Shown piece by piece: positions 51,348 to 59,011 of a stretch of 64,000 nucleotides of DNA. This stretch comes from Nostoc sp. (GTDB lineage Bacteria; Cyanobacteriota; Cyanobacteriia; Cyanobacteriales; Nostocaceae), in the NCBI GenBank assembly GCA_036918135.1, contig JBALDB010000007.1, positions 320,001-384,000 of the forward strand. Direction: 5' to 3'. The notes below the pieces were generated by a model. It was not told the DNA's origin. It made no database searches and was given only the letters and a program-made list of their open reading frames with translations. Position 1 is the stretch's first letter; each line of letters opens with the position of its first letter. The translations under genes and the position numbers were made by a program.

Positions 51348-52835
51348 TTACTTCTTGCTAACAGTATTTTTCTGAGCGTAGTTAAGATTTTTTTGATATT
51401 CTCTGATTTTTTGTTGGGCTATTGGATAATTTGGGCTAGAAAATGACACATTTTTCATAAGTGCGATCGCTTCTTGCCATTCACTCACAACAGTCTTCCA
51501 TTCATCTAGAGATTTTGCTGATTGAGTGAGGTTAGCTGCATTAATTGCTTTATTTACCGCCTCTCTGAATGTATCAGTTTGGGGTGTAATTACTGTTGCC
51601 AATGGAGTTGGTAATAAATTTTGAGAGGGTAAATAAATTTCTGATTTTTCTTTGATGATAATGGTTGCCAATAAATATATTCCTATCCCAACTAAAAAAA
51701 TTAAAATAATTCTTAAAAGTTGATTATTAATTTTTTTAACTGATTTACGATTTGTTTGATATATTGACAATACAGTAAAGTGCTGTTTTTTCCCTTTTTT
51801 GATTTGAGTTAGACCCATATCACCACGCAGTTTATCGACTTCTAAATCTGTGCGATCGACACTGTATTTTTTTTCCTTCTGTTGAAAATTTATCAGAAAA
51901 CTTTTTATTTGAGGAAGCAGACATTTTCTGGCTAATAGTTCTAATTGGTAGAGATATGCCGCAGTTATAATCCAAATTATGAACCAGTCTTTATTTAAAA
52001 AATTATTAGTTTCAATACTATAAAAAATTTCTTTTGCTACACGTCCAGTTAAATGCCCAGTACAACCATAGAAGTATTCCGAAATTTTATAATACGATTT
52101 GCAATTAAAAAAAGCTAATTCAGAAAATATACTCAAGATTATTAAAAATGATATTCCTATCACAAATGTGCCGTAAAACCCTGACCATAAACTTTTCAAA
52201 CTAGGCATCCATTTAGCCAATTTACGATCTGATTTATCTTTTTGCCAAATAAACCAAAAAATATGGTAAATAAATGCTAGAAAAAATGATGGTATTAATA
52301 AGCCAAATAAAACAGAGAATATTAATAATCCCGGAATGTTTCCCAAAACTGATAGCAATACTCCAAGTAATCCAAAGACTATCAAACGTGTACCAGGAAA
52401 TGCTATCGGAACTAGAACAATAGCCCTGAACCAAGAACTAGGATAAGGAAACCAAATAGGCCATATTTGAGAGAGGGTTCTGGATTTTTCTTGTTTAGTC
52501 GCTTCTGAAACACTAGAATGTTTTTTAATCTCGTTATTCTCAAGAGTCAAATTGAAATAATCTATCCAAGCTGCTGAAGTTTCTCCGAGTTTTTTTCCAC
52601 ATATCTTTATAGATTTAATAGATGAAATATCTAACTTGATTATTAATTTACGAATCAAAGTAACTGATGATTCTTGTTCGGGTACTTGAGAAGATTCCAG
52701 CATTATCTGTAAACAGCCATCTTTAAATAAGACTTTAGCAGTAATACCTTTTGGTTGCAAAAGATAATTGGTTACTGAAGCGATCGCTTGTGTATCTCCC
52801 TGTTTAGCAAGTTCTAAAAGATTCGGTTGTGTCAT
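51348..52835 (-). CDS. Hypothetical multi-pass membrane protein with cyanobacterial 'MTQ.N.LELAKQGD' N-domain and C-terminal helical module
   Basis: N-domain shared with 53012-53533; AT-rich TM region; C-terminal W..AI.LM.....S.NY..AQQKI module. Confidence 0.8.
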   Translation of the reverse strand: MTQPNLLELAKQGDTQAIASVTNYLLQPKGITAKVLFKDGCLQIMLESSQVPEQESSVTLIRKLIIKLDISSIKSIKICGKKLGETSAAWIDYFNLTLENNEIKKHSSVSEATKQEKSRTLSQIWPIWFPYPSSWFRAIVLVPIAFPGTRLIVFGLLGVLLSVLGNIPGLLIFSVLFGLLIPSFFLAFIYHIFWFIWQKDKSDRKLAKWMPSLKSLWSGFYGTFVIGISFLIILSIFSELAFFNCKSYYKISEYFYGCTGHLTGRVAKEIFYSIETNNFLNKDWFIIWIITAAYLYQLELLARKCLLPQIKSFLINFQQKEKKYSVDRTDLEVDKLRGDMGLTQIKKGKKQHFTVLSIYQTNRKSVKKINNQLLRIILIFLVGIGIYLLATIIIKEKSEIYLPSQNLLPTPLATVITPQTDTFREAVNKAINAANLTQSAKSLDEWKTVVSEWQEAIALMKNVSFSSPNYPIAQQKIREYQKNLNYAQKNTVSKK

Positions 52836-53011
52836 AACTAATAAATGCGAAAATCTGATAAATTATCATTTATCTTAGAATTCCCCATTTACAGGTGAAA
52901 GCAACACAATATATTCATAAAACTTCTAACTATATATTGAATTCTTATATATTTTTATTAATTTTATTGCAATTAAACTCTTTTTTTAAATTTATGCTAA
53001 AAAACTGAAGA

Positions 53012-53533
53012 CTAACGCTCTTTTGAAATTATACAATTTTCATTACTAATACTTACTTTTTCAATAAAAACATCATGACAAGAGTAAAGAATATCATTTA
53101 TAATTTTATTAGCAATACTTTCAAAATCTTGACTTTTTAATTCACGGGCAATATCACCACTTAAGTTAATAGAAACAGTTAAATTTTGAGGATTACTGCT
53201 AGACTGTTGATTATCCTCTAATTCTGGGTGAGCTTCTGTTATTCCTAAATCAAAATCTTTAATCCAAGCATAAAAAATTTTACCGTTTTGCTGTCCGTAA
53301 ACCTTTACTTTTTGAACAGACGCAGCCCCTAATTTAGTTAATCCTTTACGGACAAATGCGACCAAGGTTTGCTGATTTGGTACTTCAGCAGATTCTAGTA
53401 TTACCTCCAAGTAAGCATCCTTGAAGGCAACTTTTGCAGTAATCCCTTTGGGTTGTAGATGGCGGTTCATCAGAGATGCGATCGCCTCTACATCTCCCTG
53501 TTTTGCAAGTTCCACAATATTTAGCTGAGTCAT
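53012..53533 (-). CDS. Hypothetical protein with the same 'MTQ.N..ELAKQGD' N-domain
   Basis: First ~95 aa are clearly homologous to 51348-52835. Confidence 0.8.
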   Translation of the reverse strand: MTQLNIVELAKQGDVEAIASLMNRHLQPKGITAKVAFKDAYLEVILESAEVPNQQTLVAFVRKGLTKLGAASVQKVKVYGQQNGKIFYAWIKDFDLGITEAHPELEDNQQSSSNPQNLTVSINLSGDIARELKSQDFESIANKIINDILYSCHDVFIEKVSISNENCIISKER

Positions 53534-53619
53534 AGCTAGTAAAAGAAAAAACCTGAGAAAATAAACTTATATTCTCAGGATTCCCTTTTAAGGGGCTTAA
53601 ATAACATTGCCAAAAATTA

Positions 53620-54459
53620 CTATTTATTTTCTGTACTTGCCAAATTGGTAGGATTAATATTAATTAATGGTACTGAGCCGTTACCACCAATCACCATTGG
53701 AAAACGACCATCCCATTTTTCTATTGCTTGCTTCTGCAATAATTCTGGAGTTAAAGTTAACCTCTGTAATCTTTGCGCTTCTGCTTGACCTTTAGCACGA
53801 TTAATTTCTGCTTGAGCTTCTTGAGTTGCCTTTTGGGCAATAAATCCAGCCTGTTTGGCCTCTTGTTCTGCTATTTGTTTGGATTCAATAGCTTTACCAA
53901 ACTCTGGAGAAAAGGCAAAGTCTACTAAAGAAACATCATCTACTATTAAACTATATGCTGCCAAACGAGTTTTCAGAGTATTATCAATTTCTTCTTTAAG
54001 TTCAGTTCTCTTAGTAATAATTTCTTCAGCTGTTTTCTTAGATGTTGCTGCTTTCAAAACTTCAGATACAGCTGGAGTGATGATTCCTGTAATAATTTGC
54101 TCTTGCTCCCCAACTTGTTGAAAAACTTTATTGACTCGGTTCGGCTCGATATGCCAGTTAACAGCGATTTGTGTTGTGAGTTTCTGGAGGTCTTTAGAAG
54201 CAGCATCAGATTGAAAAGTATTTTGCTGCACGCGCACACTCAATCTTTTGACTGATGTCACAATCGGTAGAATTGGGTGAATACCTTCATCTAAAACTCG
54301 ATCCTGGACTTTACCAAATTTCATAATAACGCCCCGTTCGCCTGCATTCACAATAGTAAAAGGGCGGATAATTATTGCCAGAATTAATAAACTTATTCCT
54401 CCAACAAGATAAAAGCTATATTTCAAGTTATTGCTAGGAATCCGGCTATTGTTACGCAT
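53620..54459 (-). CDS. SPFH/prohibitin family protein
   Basis: VNAGERGV, AASKDLQ, FSPEFGKAIESKQIAEQ, IEKWDG. Confidence 0.93.
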   Translation of the reverse strand: MRNNSRIPSNNLKYSFYLVGGISLLILAIIIRPFTIVNAGERGVIMKFGKVQDRVLDEGIHPILPIVTSVKRLSVRVQQNTFQSDAASKDLQKLTTQIAVNWHIEPNRVNKVFQQVGEQEQIITGIITPAVSEVLKAATSKKTAEEIITKRTELKEEIDNTLKTRLAAYSLIVDDVSLVDFAFSPEFGKAIESKQIAEQEAKQAGFIAQKATQEAQAEINRAKGQAEAQRLQRLTLTPELLQKQAIEKWDGRFPMVIGGNGSVPLININPTNLASTENK

Positions 54460-54603
54460 ATTTGTTCTGGTAAATTAAGTGATATAGTCGTTTGGCTATA
54501 CCTTCCCAATAAATGATACAAGTTGAATAAATAATCTAATTTGTAGATACACCGCTGTCACTAACAATTTCGGAAAAAATACTTTTTCAAATCAATTTAA
54601 AAT

Positions 54604-55269
54604 ATGAAGATTTATCAACATCATACTTGGCCTTCGACAGTGGACGAAGCCATAGCTATCCAAGAACAGTTGCGAAATCAGGTAATTACATCGGATCGAC
54701 TGCAAGAACCCGTGCAGTACGTTGCTGGAGTGGATATGGGTTTTGAAGCTGATGGCACCATTAGCCGTGCAGCTGTAGCAGTACTGAGTTTTCCTGATTT
54801 GCAAATAATTGAGACAAGCCTAGCGCACCGTCCTACAACCTTTCCTTATATTCCTGGTTTCCTTTCATTTCGGGAAATTCCCGCTGTCCTAGATGCTTTA
54901 GAGAAGATTAAAACAACACCAGATCTAATTCTGTGCGACGGCCAGGGAATTGCCCATCCTCGGAGATTTGGTATAGCAAGCCATTTGGGGTTACTTGTGG
55001 ATATACCGTCAATTGGTGTAGCTAAATCATTGTTAATCGGTAAGCATGAAGAATTGCCAGAAACCAGAGGTAGCTGGCGATCGCTAATCCATCAAGGTGA
55101 AATAATTGGAGCAGTTTTGCGATCGCGCACAGGAGTAAAACCCTTGTACATCTCCAGTGGCCATCGAATCAGTCTACCTACAGCAATTGAGTATGTATTA
55201 CGCTGCACGCCGAAATATCGCTTGCCAGAAACTACACGCATTGCTGATAAATTAGCATCAGCAAGATAA
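54604..55269 (+). CDS. nfi: Endonuclease V
   Basis: AGVDMGF, FPYIPGFLSFRE, CDGQGIAHPR, GVAKS, YRLPETTRIAD. Confidence 0.96.
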   Translation: MKIYQHHTWPSTVDEAIAIQEQLRNQVITSDRLQEPVQYVAGVDMGFEADGTISRAAVAVLSFPDLQIIETSLAHRPTTFPYIPGFLSFREIPAVLDALEKIKTTPDLILCDGQGIAHPRRFGIASHLGLLVDIPSIGVAKSLLIGKHEELPETRGSWRSLIHQGEIIGAVLRSRTGVKPLYISSGHRISLPTAIEYVLRCTPKYRLPETTRIADKLASAR

Positions 55270-55376
55270 AGGTTATTGAAGTTTTTTTTAAATACTTGCT
55301 TGCACCTAGTAAATCATGTTAGGAATCGCACAGAAACAAGTTGAAGTAACTAAATACCAATTAAGAAGTTAGAACA

Positions 55377-55949
55377 ATGAACGCACTAACTTTACAGTGG
55401 CACGATGCAGGTGAAGGTAAAACTGAGAACATTTACGAGCAACAACCAAGTAAAAATCCTGGTACTGTCCGCATCGGTCGCGATCCTCAGCGGTGCGATA
55501 TTGTTCTGAATAATCCTACTGTATCTGGTTTGCATATTGAAATATTTTTTCATAACCAGCAACAGCGCTTTTACGTTAGGAACTTGCGATCGCAAAATCC
55601 CCCCCTAGTCGATGGACGGCAACTAGTCCAAGGTGAAATGCCTTTAACTGACGGCACTATTATCTCTTTAGGACAAATACAACTCAAAGTTACTGGTGTT
55701 TCCAACAACATTCCGGCAACAATTTTAGTGCCACCGCAACCCCCAGCGGTCAACCCCAAACCAGTGAATAGCGGACATCACCATCATCACCATTCACTAA
55801 CACCCCCCACACCACCGCCAGGAGTTTATGGCTTAGAATGTCCCAAATGTCACAAAGTTTCCCCGCCAGAGTATCTGCAAATTGGCTGTCCTTGGTGTGG
55901 GACTTCTTTGGCTGCGGCTGTGAGTGTGTTAGTAGCACCGGGTAGTTAG
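55377..55949 (+). CDS. FHA domain protein with His run and C-terminal Zn ribbon
   Basis: IGRDP...VSGLH...NP; HHHHHH; CPKC...CPWC. Confidence 0.88.
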   Translation: MNALTLQWHDAGEGKTENIYEQQPSKNPGTVRIGRDPQRCDIVLNNPTVSGLHIEIFFHNQQQRFYVRNLRSQNPPLVDGRQLVQGEMPLTDGTIISLGQIQLKVTGVSNNIPATILVPPQPPAVNPKPVNSGHHHHHHSLTPPTPPPGVYGLECPKCHKVSPPEYLQIGCPWCGTSLAAAVSVLVAPGS

Positions 55950-56036
55950 GGGGATGGGAGTGTGGGGAGTGTGGGGAGTCAGAGATAAGAATTAATAACC
56001 AATGCCCAATGACAAATGACAAATGACAAATGACAA

Positions 56037-57995
56037 ATGACTAATCAGCTACAAATCCAATTAAGTTGGGAAGATCCAGCAACTGGAGAACGACGAGAAC
56101 CAATGTTGAGTATACCGATCGCCTTTGGTCGGGAATTTGCCCGGTTACCTGCTGAAGTAGCAGGACAGCGGGTTTCAAGGATGCTGCTCAATAGTAATGA
56201 AGTTTCTCGCTACCATGCCCTAGTTGACTGGGAACTCAATCATTTGGTGGTGATTGACCAAGGCAGCGTTAACGGTGTCTATGTCAACGGTATACAACAA
56301 AAGCGCAGTGTTCTGACTAATGGCGATACGTTGCAAATTGGCCCCTATGTGATTACAGTCAAGTTTGCACCTAGTTTTACCGAACCAGATACCAGCCCCC
56401 CTTCAACGATTCGCTTTAACCCAAATACCAATACTCCAGACCCCAGTTTGCCTGTAGTTCAGCCTGGAATCTCCGCAGGCACCAATTTTCCGCCACCAGT
56501 TTTTCAAGCAGAAAAAGTTCCCGTGCAAGCGCTTTATGCTACTGGACTGCCAGTGGATGAATTTGATTATCTAGCGATCGGGGCGGGACTGGGTAACTTT
56601 ATTTGGGTTGATTTGCTGCGAATTAGTGGTGTGCGTGCTGACAAGATTGTAGCTGTAGGATTAGAAGCCGAACCTTATGCCCGTTATAAGCGCCTGTGTC
56701 TGAACTCCCAAATTCCTTTATATGAAAGACTGCGCTCAAATTCTGATTCTTGTCCTGATAATATTTGGGGCTGGCCTAGTTATGCCTTGCGCGAAGCTTG
56801 GAATGACTTCACCAAGGGACAAATAAATTCAGCATTGAAATATTTATGGCAGGTGTTTGCTGAACCAACATTTGCCGAAACTTATACACCGCGTGCCGCT
56901 AACGTCTTCAATTCTATAGACAGAGAGGCCAAGCGCATTGGCTGGAACCAAATTTATCGCTATGGGCGAGTTCGGGCAATTCGCAAAACAGATGATGGCA
57001 GGTATTGCGTAGCCTATTCTCGCGCCCCAGGAAATTACGCTTTTTTAGTTAGTCGTTATTTACATTTAGCTACTGGATATCCGGCAATTCAGTTTCTCCC
57101 AGATTTGCAAGCTTATAGAGAAAAATATCAAGACTTTAAATCTGTTGTGAATGCTTACGAAGCACACGATGGCGTTTATCAGCAACTAGAGCAACAGGGT
57201 GGTACAGTATTGATTCGGGGACGGGGAATTGTGGCTTCGCGGATTGTACAGCGGATTTATGAAGCCAGAAAGCGAAATCGGAATATTTCAGTTTTGCATT
57301 TAATGCGATCGCCTAAACCCCAAGGCAACAAATTTCAAAATGCCCAGCGCGTAGTCAAAAATCATTACGAATTTCAACCCTTTAACTGGCCGAAAGCTTG
57401 TTGGGGCGGCGAACTCCGGGCAATGTTAGAAAAAGCTAGCCCCGATGAACGCAAAAGCTTACTAGCAGACTGGGGTGGTACCACCACTGCCGACAGACAT
57501 GATTGGCAGGACATTACTGCCCAAGGTTTAAGCGAAGGCTGGTATCAAATTACCTTCGGTGAAGTGCTGAATGTGGAACGAGATCCCCAAAACCGGACTA
57601 TTACCCATATCCGAGAAAAAAGCTTTGGGGAAATGAAGTTGATGGCTGACTTTATTATTGATGCTACTGGACTGGATGCCAAAGTAAATGCTAGTCCCCT
57701 ACTAGAAGATTTTGTCAAACATTACAACTTACCACTGAATCACCTGGGGCGATTGGGTGTAGCGAACAATTTTGAATTAGTAGAAATGCGTAGCGACAGA
57801 GGACAGGTGTATGCAGCAGGGGCGATTACCCTTGGTGGCCCTTATGCCGCAGTTGATAGTTTTTTAGGTTTGCAATACGCTGCATTAGTCGCCGTTGATG
57901 GACTCGCCGCCGCCCGTGCGCCTGGAGTTCATCGGTTGAATTTTTTTAGATCCTTTGGGCAGTGGTTGAAGTGGGCGTCAAATCAGTCACCTTAG
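56037..57995 (+). CDS. FHA domain fused to an FAD/NAD(P)-dependent oxidoreductase (class B monooxygenase-like)
   Basis: FGRE...VSRYHA...SVNGVYVNG (FHA); IGAGLG, HLATGY, IRGRGIVA, IIDATG (two Rossmann folds). Confidence 0.85.
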   Translation: MTNQLQIQLSWEDPATGERREPMLSIPIAFGREFARLPAEVAGQRVSRMLLNSNEVSRYHALVDWELNHLVVIDQGSVNGVYVNGIQQKRSVLTNGDTLQIGPYVITVKFAPSFTEPDTSPPSTIRFNPNTNTPDPSLPVVQPGISAGTNFPPPVFQAEKVPVQALYATGLPVDEFDYLAIGAGLGNFIWVDLLRISGVRADKIVAVGLEAEPYARYKRLCLNSQIPLYERLRSNSDSCPDNIWGWPSYALREAWNDFTKGQINSALKYLWQVFAEPTFAETYTPRAANVFNSIDREAKRIGWNQIYRYGRVRAIRKTDDGRYCVAYSRAPGNYAFLVSRYLHLATGYPAIQFLPDLQAYREKYQDFKSVVNAYEAHDGVYQQLEQQGGTVLIRGRGIVASRIVQRIYEARKRNRNISVLHLMRSPKPQGNKFQNAQRVVKNHYEFQPFNWPKACWGGELRAMLEKASPDERKSLLADWGGTTTADRHDWQDITAQGLSEGWYQITFGEVLNVERDPQNRTITHIREKSFGEMKLMADFIIDATGLDAKVNASPLLEDFVKHYNLPLNHLGRLGVANNFELVEMRSDRGQVYAAGAITLGGPYAAVDSFLGLQYAALVAVDGLAAARAPGVHRLNFFRSFGQWLKWASNQSP

Positions 57996-58068
57996 TATAA
58001 CGGGGCAGGAGGCAGGGGGAATACAGTATTTATCTAACTGTTTTGAGTACTAAACTTGAAACTTGAGG

Positions 58069-58333
58069 GGTAAAGGTGCAACTTCGAGGATTAAAGGTGC
58101 AACTTCGAGGTTCAGAGGCTCAACGTTCAAGTTCAAAGGTGCAACTTCGAGGTTCAGAGGCTCAACGTTCAAGTTCAAAGGTGCAACTTCGAGGTTCAGA
58201 AGCTCAACGTTGGAGTTCAAAGGTGCAACTTCGAGGTTCAGAAGCTCAACGTTGGAGTTCAAAGGCTCAACGTTCGGGTTCAAAGGCTCAACGCTGAAGT
58301 TCAAAGGCTCAACGTTCGAGTTCAGAGGCTCAA
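58069..58333. repeat. 21-bp tandem array (~12.6 units) with 42-bp higher-order alternation
   Basis: Alternating TTCAAAGGTGCAACTTCGAGG / TTCAGARGCTCAACGTTSRAG units. Confidence 0.92.
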
Positions 58334-58358
58334 AGGCTCAAATTACAGGCGATACCAT

Positions 58359-58590
58359 CAGCCCACCTGGGATTTAAATCGTAGGCTAACAGCAGAAGTC
58401 AGTTAAAACTGACTCAAATTATCGCTGTAGCCACACCCTTTAGGACAAAATGGCAAGCGTGAATTACTAGGAATAATAATAGTTCTACCTCCTGCCTCCT
58501 GCCTTCTATCTCCTGCCTCCAGCCATAACTAAAATTTAGTCCGTTTGAACGGACTTAAGCTATTAGCCTTGGAATTGATTCTGAGGCGGG
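58359..58590. mobile_element. Palindromic REP-like element with a nested MITE family A copy (58420-58527)
   Basis: Outer arms AGGCTAACAGC..AGTCAGTTAAAACTGACT / AGTCCGTTTGAACGGACT..GCTATTAGCCT; the inner segment is the reverse complement of 41412-41541. Confidence 0.55.
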
Positions 58591-58628
58591 ATAACAACGA
58601 AGTGAAGAATTTGCCTTTAGCAGTTTCT

Positions 58629-58877
58629 TTACTTGGTTTTTTTGTTTGTTGGACGTACTAAAGTTTTAACTAAACCCGTAATTGCAACAATCACAGAGGC
58701 AATTCCGGCGATGGATACTGAAGTCAAAATTGCCACTGCAAGGATGATTTCGCTGGGACTGTCCCCGTTTCGCATCCAAGTAGATGGATTTTCTACTAAT
58801 GTTGGTGAGGCGGGGATTAATTGCGAAGTTTGGGTGATTTGATTAGCGTTGACTGGAGTTGTTAAGACAGTTTTCAT
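58629..58877 (-). CDS. Small single-TM protein (82 aa), divergent from the NB-ARC gene
   Basis: AGAAGAGG RBS; long hydrophobic stretch followed by a basic C-terminus. Confidence 0.7.
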   Translation of the reverse strand: MKTVLTTPVNANQITQTSQLIPASPTLVENPSTWMRNGDSPSEIILAVAILTSVSIAGIASVIVAITGLVKTLVRPTNKKTK

Positions 58878-58955
58878 GGCTGAACCTCTTCTAAATGTTT
58901 GTATACAAATGGTATTCCTGCTAAAAGAAGAGGAGATTCCATAGAAATCGAGACA

Positions 58956-58985
58956 AAGTAGAACGAAAGTAGAAATGAAGTAGAA
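58956..58985. promoter_or_regulatory. Three AAGTAGAA direct repeats at 11-bp spacing
   Basis: Copies start at 58956, 58967 and 58978, in the divergent intergenic region. Confidence 0.55.
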
Positions 58986-59011
58986 TCGAGAAGAAATCTC
59001 ACAAGCTGTCT

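Noticed and set aside
58050..58377. Overlapping ORFs on both strands across the 21-bp array (also 62251-62616)
   Set aside because: Open frames follow automatically from a stop-free 21-bp unit. No convincing RBS or unique domain, so treated as repeats rather than genes.
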